Source of the DNA: Macrostomum lignano
Lineage: Eukaryota
Length of the DNA stretch: 64,000 nucleotides
Assembly: GCA_002269645.1 (NCBI GenBank)
Contig: NIVC01000010.1
Span: 1,240,001-1,304,000, forward strand
Reading direction: 5' to 3'
Both the position numbers and the translations under genes were made by a program. This document shows positions 43,058 to 55,472 of the stretch, piece after piece. The notes beneath the pieces were generated by a model. It worked only from the letters and a program-made list of their open reading frames with translations. It did no database searches and was not told the DNA's origin. How positions within the stretch are numbered: the first letter of the stretch is position 1; every line of letters starts with the position of its first letter.

Positions 43058-46000
43058 TGTGTACTTCTATCACAGCTTGATGAATCGTTGAAGTTCTTGA
43101 CTTTTTGGTGCTTAACAGTTAGCTCCGAATTATTTCGAATAGGTAGGTGTGACGATTGCAATTTTATGTGCTTGAAGCTGGCCTGGAGTTTGAACTTTGA
43201 AATCTAGCAAGTCTCACTCTTTACACCCACAGCTATGGGCGCACGCTTATCTAGTGTGTCTCTCTTCTCTCTCTGCCCCTCCTCTGTTTCCTGCAATTTT
43301 CGTATGCTGCATACAAACTCTGTACTTTTCTACCGTACACTGAATCATGTGACCTAAATGTACATCCAACTATTTGCCTTCCCTTAGCGCACAGTCTTAT
43401 AGTTATTGCGTCTAGCTGCAAATTAACTGCTGTAGCTGCTGTATAGCAAAATGCATTTATGCCCATACCGCCTTGTTTGGACCGCTTCAATATTTCCGCT
43501 GTTGCTAGATATGGCTTGATTCAAAATAGGTTTGCAAACAGATGTACTTTGGTAGTCGGGACCTTTTATGATAGTCTGGTAACAAACTTCGAAACAAGTT
43601 TTTTATTATCGTATTTTTGTGCTTTAAATTCTCTGTTTTTAAGCTCCGTTGGCTGGTCTCTTCATGGATGGTTGACATGGCTGGTCTCAAGATAAAGCAC
43701 TTTATTAATATTGTCCATTAGAAGTTACTGTGTCATTTAATATAAAACGGCTGCTAACTTCTAATGCGTCCTTGCACTTTGTACTGTGACATTTCAACGT
43801 TTATTCGATCATCCCGATATAATTAAAATGGGATGCGAGACTCAAACAACACAGCATCATGCAACTGGCTTTACGTGTGTGTTCATGTTTTCAGAGCATC
43901 TACATGCATGCACCCATGAACTAATTTCCATTGTTGAATTTACAAGAACAAAATATTGCACTTAATGGCTTCAATTGCCTGTACATGTATAATGCCACTA
44001 AAAAATAAAAAAGTAAAAACTGCGCGTACAATTAAATATGTGTATGCACTTTTACAGCTGTACTTACAGTGTAGGTTCGCAGCTAGAACAAAAATGCATT
44101 AAAAATACATGTACTTCGTGTATTTGCATGAGAATACCTGTGCAAGCTCATGGGCTCTGGCTCTGAAAAAGTGCAGCCACCAGGCCTCGTCCCCTAGACT
44201 TTGTCCGCCTCTGGATGCGGCAGTAGCTGACGTTGTGACAAATCCCATTACCTAGAAAGCGGGCCTGGGTTGTATTAGAGTTACACACTTAAAGCGTAGC
44301 CGCCACTACTAGTCACCTGTGCAGCGGTGACAACTCCCACTAACGGGACGGGATCGAGTCCCGGTCTGTCGTAGACTAAGGTTCTTGACTCCAACTGTGT
44401 TAGGCAAACAAAGGACAGTCTACTCAGCGCTGGAAACGAAAACTTTTTGCATTGGGGTAAATTTAGTTGGTAGGCGATTCTAAGGATAAAATTCCCTCCT
44501 TAGCTCCAGGATCTCAAGGATAAATAATAAATAACGCAACTCTAATCTCTTTCCTCATATTAATGGATGGGTTCGATCCGGCAGGGGAGATGGGGAAGTG
44601 CAGTTCCCAGAGCTCTCTCGTGGTGCACATACATGTATCTTACAGGGACTTACTTAGAAATATTGTTACTGCTGTGATTATTTGGTTGGACTCGGCTAAT
44701 ACTCGGTGATTTTGCAGGATCAGTTAATTAATAAGATGATCAGAGGATTAGCATCAGTTAATCCGGTAAGATTCGGTCTCGCTTTCGGTTTCGGTTTCGG
44801 TTTCGGTCTCGCGCGGTAACAACCAACAGGTAAAAACAGCCGGGGAGCCAAACAAGTTGCCGCTGAGGGTATTTTCTTTGTTAAGTATATAGCGTTTCAG
44901 CCCCTAGCCGGGGCTCTTCCGTTAGTTTTTTTAGAATTTAATTTTAACGCGTGTACACATCCCCCGTCAATTTTTAAGGGCTCAAAACGGGCTGCTATTT
45001 ATAGCCCTGAGAGACCGCGCAATCACGTGAGCGTGATGTGTGATAGCAATATTGAAGGTCATAAACCTCTCCCTGACCTGGAGAAAAATGATTAATAATG
45101 GAGGATTACATAACAGGCGGGAAAAATCTTAGCGAGATAGAGGTTCATCAAACTGTCACGCGAACGAATGATTTCGAACAGTACTCGTATAGAAGCTCTA
45201 GAAGATGGGGTTGGTGCGCGGGGGAGTGGGTGGGTGATAAGCAATGATAAGCGGAGGCACAGCGACCACGTGGGAAGGATGGTGCACAAAAATTAGTGGG
45301 GAGGCCCAGGACATGTCTTACATCATATAATGTATGTAGATGTGACGCGCTATCGCATACAGGAAAAAATATGTGTCTAAATATATCCGTCTGCAGATGC
45401 TACACATGTATATACTACTACATGTGCGCTGCTAAATTTGAGTCTGCGTAGCTGACTGTAATGGAACTTTGAACAAATTTCAGTATACTTAAGTCTAGCA
45501 TACTCTTACTAAACTATAGCGTAAACATAGATCGAGATCATTGAAACAGCTGAAAAAACTTATTATACCTCTGTAGTGTAGTTCCTTTGGAAACCTTACG
45601 CATGAGAATGTATAGCTGTCTGTAACTGTCTGTAACTATTTGTAGTATTTAAATATACATTCCAGCTCTCTATAACAATATTATTGTAATACAGGAAATT
45701 TTAATATATATGGGCAATAATGTTTTTGACCGGCCTTAAAAGCCATTTACAGTTTACTGTTAACGAGAGCCAGCACGTAGCGCTGAAGCTAGCTCAGTTA
45801 AGGTGTCAAATGTCAAAATTAATTAATGCATGTATTGGACACACTGTATAGCCACCTGCGTCTTAACGTGTACATGAAGCCCAACCACCTGAGAACATCA
45901 CGTATAGCTTTTTTAAAACAGCGACACATGCAAACTGGAAGTTTAAATTGTGGTATGGACGCAATATTGACTCAGACATCGATCGTGCTGGAGTGCAGCT

Positions 46001-47445
46001 CCAACTTGTTTCTTGGACTGACAGACTTAATAGCTTTAAGTATATGTGCCCGTATACATGCACTTGCTGCTCATCTTAAGTTCGATCCGATTAGCGTTAT
46101 TTAAAAAATGTATTTTTAATTATCGGATAAAGTAGATTAACAAGTAGAAAGAACTAGCTCAACAGTGAAGTATTTAATTTTTATCTTTTTGGTTCAAACT
46201 TATAAAAAAATCAGCAGGTATTGCAATTTTCTTCCCATATTGGATTTTATTTCTTCTCGAGATGGAACGCGGGTATTATTCAATTTTTCTCAACTGGACC
46301 AATTTTCGCTTTTACGTGTGTACATGCGACTTTTTCACATTGTTCTAGATTATTTTTTTATGCACAATTGAGAATTACTATCAATAAGTTTATAGTTAAA
46401 ATGAAATATAGAAAATTATGATTTTTTAAATAACTATGATTTTCTCCATAGAATTATTTTTTAACTTTAGACTTATATAATATAATATTAATTTTTTATT
46501 TTTAATGCCACATTCTAAAATTACAAAACAGAACGATACTGCCACTGAAAACAAACTTATCAAAGTTTAGGTTAAAAGAGACTTAAAATAGTTGTATTAG
46601 AATGGAAATTTATTTATAAATATTTATTAATTTTAGGCCTACTTTGTTTTAAAGCCTGTCCTAGGCCAATAGGCAGTTCTTTTTTCCTCCTAACTAAGGC
46701 CTACCAAGTACCAAACCCAACTCAATTGATCTAGTTTTGATGACTACTACAATAGCATTGATTAAAATGTTTTAGTTTTGGATAAAAAATACTATATACT
46801 AAATATACTAAATATTATATACTATATATAATAATAATATATATAGTATATTTTTATTGAGTTTATATAATGTATAAAGAAAAAATTATTATTAACCATA
46901 CATGCCCAACCTTAAAGTTTCACCTATCTGGTTCTACTTAGTTTTGTCCAGATTTGCAACTTAGTTCCTCCTAATTGTGACTTAGTAAGTTCTTCTCAAT
47001 TGCAACTTAGTTCCTCCTGATTGCAACTTAGTTCCTCTCAATTGCAACTTAATTCAATTGCAACTTAATTTTCACTTTGTATATGACTTTTCTTGCCTTT
47101 TTCTCTTTTCTCTTTCTCTCTCCTCTTTCCCTTTCTCTCTCCTCCCTCTTTTCTTTTCCTTTTCTCTTCCTCTCCTTCCTTCTTACCTCAATTTTTTGTT
47201 TTTTTTGCATTTTTCAATTTTGCGACTTACCTTGGCTAGTGGCCATTTCACATGTCTAGTTTGGATAGGTCAGATGCCTATTGGGCATATATGTTATTAA
47301 TTGTTCTTTAATAAACTCTTAGTGTTGGCAGTTTAAAAAACTATATTGACATACCAATGGCAATCTTTTATTATTATCATCAATTTAAAATAATGATTTT
47401 TCAGATTGTTTCTTCAAGTGTTATATGTAATTCATTGTCTATACA

Positions 47446-50400
47446 ATGGAGGATATATCAGCTGATATGCTTGTCACTGTTAACCAGTCTTCAATGGAAC
47501 CTGAACTTGCTGAAGTAACTGCATCAGCACCTATCCTTACTAGAGTAAGTATTTTCATTTTATCTTTAATTCAATTAATCAAAGTTTTTTAGAGCAATAA
47601 TATTATGAATTAAAAATTGTATCTATTAAAATTAAATTTTGATTTATTACAATGATTCACAATTAAATTTGTTTATTAAGCATTTCTATGAGTTTTTCTT
47701 CATATTTGCTTGTACACAACTAGATGCCTAAATAAAAAATATAAGGGTATCTATCAATATATTAGCTTGAGTCCCTGCTAAGTTTTATTTCAATTTCATA
47801 TACAACAAAAGGTTGCTAGAGTTCCTTTTTGATACTGATATATAAAACTATTTTTGTAACTCTATGGGCCACCATAGACCAAATATAAAAGCACCAATTT
47901 CTTTTTAAATTATTGTATACACAAAAATATGTAATCAAATGATAAATAAGATTTTCTACTTTCAAATGAATTTGTCTTCAAACTTGTTAAATTTCAAACA
48001 TGCATTTACAACTTAAAGATAGAAGCATTACCACTTTTTGGAAATTTTATATAATCACATTATGCATATCAATGCATGTATTTGCATTCTAGGAACTCCC
48101 CAGTTATAATAGACTTGCTATTAAACCTAAAGAAAGTAGGCAAAGTAGTCTTAGTGACCTCTGGCTAGTACATAATTTCTACATAAATTTCTCATTGAAA
48201 AAATCTTCTTCCCTATGCCTTAGCAACCAGAGCTGAGTCAGGCAACAGGAGACAGTCGCCTAGCCAAGCCTGCCAGTCTTTGTCACGAGCAGCCGCTGCA
48301 GGTCAGCGTGATGAGGCCGCAGAAAAAAGGCGATGGAATTTCAGCGTACGTTGTGTACACAGTGAATCACTCTACCAAGTTGGAGCACTTCTCCAGCTCA
48401 GGCGGCGGCAGCGTCACTCACAGATTCTCAGATTTCCTTGCTCTCTGGGAGCGACTTCGAGATCGCTACGCCAGGTGAGTCACCATAGCTGCCAACTGAT
48501 GTAGCGGCGATGGACCTATTAAATGGCGAACCCAAGGTATTAGTTGCAGGGGGTGGGTAAGAGACAGAGTAACTCCTCCAGTAGCTGGCAGTGCACCAAC
48601 TTCCCTACCAAAAAATGCTCACCCCACAAAATAATCTGTACGTAGTACTAATTACATGACGAGACATTTAGCCGTAATAATACAGTCTTAGTTACTTCTG
48701 CCGTTTACCCATTTACGCTAGTATTGTCTAGGTGTCCTTGATAGGTAAGTAGCATTTTTGGTCAAAAAATAAGTCGCACGGCCGGTGTAAATCAGGGGGT
48801 TGCGCATGTATGCTCCCCATGTTTTCTTTCATAACTCTTTCAGCGAAGGCGTCGTTCTGCCGCCAAAGCCGGAAAAATCGATAATTGGCGCCGCCAAAGT
48901 GAAGCTCGGCAGCGGAGGAGGCGCCGGAGGCGTTGCCAATGACGATGAGTTCGTGGAGCGTCGTCGCGGCGAGCTGGAACGATTCTTAACTTACTGTTGC
49001 GAGCATCCCCGTCTCCGACTGGATGCCGATTTGCGCGACTTTCTTGAGCGCCCCGGAGCCGTCAGCGTTGCGGCTGGCGGCTCTGGCAGCGGCTCGGGTC
49101 TGGGCGGCGTTCTTCGAGCCTTCACTTCCGCCGTGGCCGCAGCTGGTGGCGGTGCAAGCGGCAGCTCTAGCGCTTCCGGCGGCAAGGCTGAAGAAGAGAG
49201 CGACCCGGTTAGTGGCATTCCCTGTTTGAGCACTTGCGGCATATCATGTCATCTTATGTCAAATCAGGTCACTTTGTTGACATGTCACTTTGTTGACATG
49301 TCACTTTGTTGACATGTCACTTTGTTGACATGTCACTTTGTTGACATGTCACTTTGTTGACATGTCACTTTGTTGACATGTCACTTTGTTGACATGTCAC
49401 TTTGTTGACATGTCACTTTGTTGACATGTCACTTTGTTGACATGTCACTTTGTTGACATGTCACTTTGTTGACATGTCACTTTGTTGACATGTCACTTTG
49501 TTGACATGTCACTTTGTTGACATGTCACTTTGTTGACATGTCACTTTGTTGACATGTCACTTTGTTGACATGTCACTTTGTTGACATGTCACTTTGTTGA
49601 CATGTCACTTTGTTGACATGTCACTTTGTTGACATGTCACTTTGTTGACATGTCACTTTGTTGACATGTCACTTTGTTGACATGTCACTTTGTTGACATG
49701 TCACTTTGTTGACATGTCACTTTGTTGACATATGGCATGATCATGTCATGTCATGTCACCGAAGGCGTAGCGCTAGTGTGCCTGCAGCCCTCCTGCAAAT
49801 AATATTATTATAGCTTTTAGAATATGCCTGTAAACCGTGACCTTCATTTGACCCCTTCTTGCAATTCTCTCAACAGTGGTTCGAAGAGTTGTACTGCCGC
49901 CTGCAGCAGCAGGAGTCCAGCCTGCGACCTTGGCACGCCGCGGCCAGTCGCTTAGCAACCAAGCGACGCGACTACGCCAGACAGGCGCATCAGCTGGCAG
50001 CCTCGATGGCCCAGGCGGCCGCCATAGCCGAGTTTCCTGCGGAGGCGGCGGAATTAAGCGGCAGCTCGGATAGCGGCGAGCCCGATGGCTGCCATTCTGC
50101 CAGGCTGATGGTAGCCTTTGGCCGGCTAGCCGAGACTGAGGTTGGCAGCTGCTTGTGGGACTGACGGGACTGAGGGGCTGGCGTGCTAGCGGGACTGACT
50201 GACTGATGGGCCTGAGGATGCTGCAGCCCCAGTCCTTAGCCCTGAGGATGCTGCAGCCCCAGTCCTTAGCCCTGAGGATGCTGCAGCCCCAGTCCTTAGC
50301 CCTGAGGATGCTGCAGCCCCAGTCCTTAGCCCTGAGGATGCTGCAGCCCCAGTCCTTAGCCCTGAGGATGCTGCAGCCCCAGTCCTTAGCCCTGAGGATG

Positions 50401-52100
50401 CTGCAGCCCCAGTCCTTAGCCCTGAGGATGTTGCAGCCCCAGTCCTTAGCCCTGAGGATGCTGCAGCCCCAGTCCTTAGCCCTGAGGATGCTGCAGCCCC
50501 AGTCCTTAGCCCTGAGGATGCTGCAGCCCCAGTCCTTAGCTCTGAGGGTCCTGCAGCCCCAGTCCTTAGCCCTGAGGATGCTGCAGCCCCAGTCCTTAGC
50601 TCTGAGGGTCCTGCAGCCCCAGTCCTTAGCCCTGAGGATGCTGCAGCCCCAGTCCTTAGCCCTGAGGATGCTGCAGCCCCAGTCCTTAGCTCTGAGGGTC
50701 CTGCAGCCCCAGTCCTTAGCCCTGAGGGTCCTGCAGCCCCAGTCCTTAGCCCTGAGGGTCCTGCAGCCCCAGTCCTTAGCCCTGAGGATGCTGCAGCCCC
50801 AGTCCTTAGCTCTGAGGGTCCTGCAGCCCCAGTCCTTAGCCCTGAGGATGCTGCAGCCCCAGTCCTTAGCCCTGAGGATGCTGCAGCCCCAGTCCTTAGC
50901 TCTGAGGATGCTGCAGCCCCAGTCCTTAGCTCTGAGGGTCCTGCAGCCCCAGTCCTTAGCCCTGAGGGTCCTGCAGCCCCAGTCCTTAGCCCTGAGGATG
51001 CTGCAGCCCCAGTCCTTAGCCCTGAGGGTCCTGCAGCCCCAGTCCTTAGCCCTGAGGGTCCTGCAGCCCCAGTCCTTAGCCCTGAGGGTCCTGCAGCCCC
51101 AGTCCTTAGCCCTGAGGGTCCTGCAGCCACGCCCGCTTGCCCGCCCCGCAGGATCGAATCGCCAGTCTGCAGGCAGCCCAGGCCGAGTGCGAGTTCGCCG
51201 AGCTGTGTGAGCAGCTCCGCCACCAGCTGGCCATGCTGGAATCGCTCCGGTCGGCCTGTCAGGAGCGCCGACGCCTGCGCCGGTGCCAAGCCGATGCGGA
51301 GGCGAGTCTGAGCCGCCGGCGCGAGGAGCGGGTCAAACTGGAGCGTGCGGGACGCGACCTGACGCTCTGCGAGACGCAAATCGCAGAGGCTGAGGCGGCG
51401 GTAAGAGTTTTGCTCGGGCTGAGCAGTCCTCGCAGAAGTTGTAGAAGAATTCAGACTACAAGTTTATAGATTACTACAGCTTGACAATTCCAAAGTCAGG
51501 GTGGCCATAGTGCTCTGATGTGCCAGCGACCCAGGCTCGATTCCAAGTGCAGTCACATTAATTTGGGGCTGAATTGGAATCTCGGCTTGGCTCTGCTTGT
51601 GCAGTTAACGTCTTCAAGGGCCAACACCCAAGGCACAGTGAAGTGTACATGCCTAACGATAAAGTTAGGGCCCCTGTACACTCCTGTGTGAGTGTGTGCC
51701 TGCGCGTATGACTGCGTAAGTATCCGCGCGCTTGTGTGCCTGCTCAGGGGAGTCGGCGGAATGGGCAGCAACGCCTCTCGCCGGTTGTGTGACAATGTCG
51801 CTTAAAGCTCCTCTAATACAAAAGCCTGAAAAGTCACCTTTAAAAAATCAATTGACTTTTGCCAACACTCCCGCCCAGGTGGACCGATGCCGTTCGGAGT
51901 TCGAATCGGCGTCAGCCGCAATCAAAGCGGAGTCGGATAGGATCGATCTGCTTCGCGGCTTTGAGCTGCGCTCGGCTCTGCTGTGCAGCATGGAGCACCA
52001 GCTGTTGCAGCAGCAGCAGGTGGCCGACGCCTGGCAACAATTTTTGCCAGAGGCGCACAAAATTAGCCCGAACTCACCGAGTGAAGTTGAAAACAATTGA
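47446..52100 (+). CDS. SNX1/2: Divergent sorting nexin 1/2-like PX-BAR protein; exons 47446-47544, 48224-48474, 48844-49207, 49877-50140, 51152-51400, 51879-52100
   Basis: All junctions are GT-AG and phase-compatible. PX motifs KKGDGISAYVVY, HRFSDFL, LPPKPEK, FVERRR.ELERFL; BAR start WFEE; C-terminal WQQFLPEAHKI. Confidence 0.88.
49268..49731. repeat. Perfect 16-bp tandem array (GTCACTTTGTTGACAT) x29, SNX intron 3
   Basis: No variant units seen; 464 bp. Confidence 0.97.
50208..51127. repeat. 30-bp tandem array (GCCCTGAGGATGCTGCAGCCCCAGTCCTTA), ~30 copies, SNX intron 4
   Basis: Directly visible; two recurrent variants (ATG/GTC and GCC/GCT). Confidence 0.97.
51499..51805 (+). mobile_element. 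SINE-like family B, longest copy (SNX intron 5)
   Basis: tRNA-like head GGTGGCCATAGTG...GGCTCGATTCC; body shared with 12519-12791. Confidence 0.75.
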
Positions 52101-52259
52101 TCGATTGATTGTTGATATTCGGGATTTTTTGCTATTTATCGAATCTATTTATAATATCGAATAGGTACGAATTTGAAGGTCTACATATATCGAGATTTGT
52201 TTTGAAGTCTGGGATTGGATGCTGTCTATGTGAATAAATTACTCTGAAAATCGTTTTCG

Positions 52260-53390
52260 GGATTCAGGATCTTCTGTTTAAGGATTCATGATCTTCTGTT
52301 TCGGGATTCAGGATATTCTGTTTCAGGATTCAGGATCTTCTGTTTCAGGATTCAAGATCTTCTGTTTCGGGATTCAGGATATTCTGTTTCAGGATTCAGG
52401 ATCTTCTGTTTCAGGATTCAAGATATTCTGTTTCAGGACTCAGGATCTTCTGTTTCAGGATTCAAGATATTCTGTTTCAAGATTCAGGATATTCTGTTTC
52501 AGGATTCAGGATCTTCTGTTTCAGGATTCAGGATCTTCTGTTTCAGGATTCAGGATCTTCTGTTTCAGGATTCAAGATATTCTGTTTCAGGACTCAGGAT
52601 CTTCTGTTTCAAGATTCAGGATATTCTGTTTCAGGATTCAAGATTTTCTGTTTCAGGATTCAAGATACTCTGTTTCAAGATTCAAGATCTTCTGTTTCAG
52701 GATTCAATATATTCTGTTTCAGGATTCAGGGTCTTCTGTTTCAGGATTCAGGATCTTCTGTTTCAGGATTCAGGATCTTCTGTTTCAGGATTCAGGATCT
52801 TCTGTTTCAGGATTCAGGATCTTCTGTTTCAGGATTCAAGATATTCTGTTTCAGGACTCAGGATCTTCTGTTTCAATATTCAGGATATTCTGTTTCAGGA
52901 TTCAAGATCTTCTGTTTCAGGATTCAATATATTCTGTTTCAGGATTCAGGATCTTCTGTTTCAGGATTCAAGATCTTCTGTTTCAGGATTCAAGATCTTC
53001 TGTTTCAGGATTCAATATATTCTGTTTCAGGATTCAGGATCTTCTGTTTCAGGATTCAAGATATTCTGTTTCAGGACTCAGGATCTTCTGTTTCAATATT
53101 CAGGATATTCTGTTTCAGGATTCAAGATCTTCTGTTTCAGGATTCAATATATTCTGTTTCAGGATTCAGGATCTTCTGTTTCAGGATTCAGGATCTTCTG
53201 TTTCAGGATTCAGGATATTCTGTTTCAGGATTCAAGATCTTCTATTTCGGGATTCAGGATCTTCTGTTTCGGGATTCAGGATCTTCTGTTTCGGGATTCA
53301 GGATCTTCTGTTTCGGGATTCTGGATCTTCTGTTTCAGGATTCAGGATCTTCTGTTTCAGGATTCAGGATCTGTTTCGGGATTGGGCTTC
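52260..53390. repeat. 22-bp tandem array (TTCAGGATCTTCTGTTTCAGGA), ~50 copies, just 3' of SNX
   Basis: Directly visible, with point variants. Confidence 0.95.
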
Positions 53391-55472
53391 AGGATTCTAA
53401 GATTCCTGGCTGATGAGGTCTCATTCAGGTGTTTGGATTCTTAATTTAAGAAAAACGCTCCTTCTCGTTCCTTTGATCAAGTAGTCTGGAATAGAATAGA
53501 GTTGAGGTATCTGAATCTCAAAATAATCGCTTTTGGTTTAAGAGTATCGAAAGGACTCTAAAGGTCATATATTATAATGAATATTTAGTCATGCTCGCAA
53601 ATTTATTCTGCACACCCTATATTCCGATGCTTCTCATTTGATTTCATGATAGAGCACGTGATACGACGCAGATTGATTTTATTTTCGCCCATTTTACGTT
53701 TATTTACGCTTATTCCATTCATTAAGTATTTAATAATTAGACTTTTGTTTGCAAAGATTTAACGTATACGCAGGCAATGATGCCTAATCCATTTTTATAT
53801 AATATAATGCCTGGTAGGTCGGTGGAAATTTTCAGAAATTATTTATTTCTTTTTTATGTTGACTGCGTTTTAAAAAGTCAGTACCTCCATTCTCCAAAGT
53901 GCAACCAGTCGATGATTTTGCTTCAAATCAAATTTACACACGTCTCATTATATTTGATTAGAATTTTTTTGGTTTGCATTACAACAATCAGTAATTGTCA
54001 AATAATTTTATGGTGCGTAAAATTTTTAGAAAGCACATTTATTTCACCATTTCTTAATAGATTTTTTCTGAATCTATGTATTTTTGTTTCAAGTACGGAT
54101 GCCTTAATTCTATTATTTTTGTAAACATATTGGAATCACAGGTGCTAAGTATACTTTCTGTTGATTTTTGCAGTCAGAGTTTTCGATTTTAAACATTCCA
54201 ATTGCGGCACACAGTATTTTATTCAGCATATCGATTTCGCTTTAATAAATGATGCCAAAATCATGCTACAGCAATTATAGTTCTACAATTTCTATTAAAA
54301 AAAGAAAGTCGACTTAGTTTTACTTTTTCAAATTAAGTGCCTATAGCTTGTACATGTTTGCGTTATCGTACGTGTAGCTGCTAATATTTATCCTAATACG
54401 CTAATATTTATCTAGCATTTTAATGACACTATAGTAGAAAATAGTAGTAAAATCGCTACTTTGCATAAGTGAACTAAAAAAATAAGCAGAAACGGCCACA
54501 GAATAGAAACGGCAGTTAAAATTTTTGCTAATTGGGCCTTAAGCGCATAAAAAGGCGGTCTTTATCATGCAACCGTATCTTATAGATGATACGGACCGCC
54601 TTTTACGCGGTTTATGAAGTGTTCTATACCGCCTAACGTGTACATACGGGCTGAGCTGAGCTTTTAGTTTCGAAGCGCCATTTTCATGCCACAGTACAAT
54701 TAATTTACGCATAAACTGCATTCTTTGTTATGCATCATTCAAATACTACATTACAGCAAGAGTTGATTTATAAAATTGTTTAGTATGGGATGGCTACTTT
54801 TGCCTTTTCAGACAAATAAAATTGAAGCCGTTCTTAATTTGTTCGTTTATAGCACCAAAAGTCGTGATAAGTCACGGTCTAGTACTGTGCAAATATAACA
54901 AAACTACTACTATAAGTTTAAAGTAATCGACTTCATTTAAAAAGCTAGCTTGCTAGACATTGCTTAGTTAAAAGTTTTTAGATAAATAAAGATTCTTGAA
55001 GCTTCTTAAAGACTATATATTTTGACATTTTGCAATACGAAAATTTGTCAATTGTCGTGTTCATTCAGCGTGTTATATATTTAATCCACCTATACTAGGC
55101 CTATCTTTGTGTACTAAAAATGATAATTTATTCATAACATTTTATAATTGAAACTAAGACTCGAAGCATTTCCACCTGTTGATTAACTGAATAAATAGTG
55201 ACTAATACCAATCTGCAAAAAATATAAAGCGTGTATCTAATGTTTTTGATCACAATAGTCCTTAGGCTATCGCCTATTCATAAATAAGTACACGTTTTAC
55301 TGTTTTAGCTAGGCCTAGCCCGCCTTGGCTTAGCCATAGCCCATACCATAGCATTAATTGTCTCGGTTTTAATGTCAATGAACTGACACTTTCATTTTAT
55401 TATCATTTTTCTAATCAAATGAATAGATAAAAAATCTAGCTTGCTTCGCTAGTTTCAAATTCAGAATCTAAA

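Noticed and set aside
48410-48445. HRFSDF instead of RRFSDF in the SNX PX domain as loss of lipid binding
   Set aside because: The second Arg (the phosphate contact in RRY/F motifs), the PPK Lys and the distal Arg are retained.
50186-51379. 397-aa and 334-aa repetitive ORFs over the 30-bp array
   Set aside because: Artefacts of a 3n repeat in an SNX intron, partly antisense to an SNX exon.
52288-53400. 370-aa repetitive ORF (also 62452-63600)
   Set aside because: Translation of stop-free tandem arrays; no independent coding evidence.
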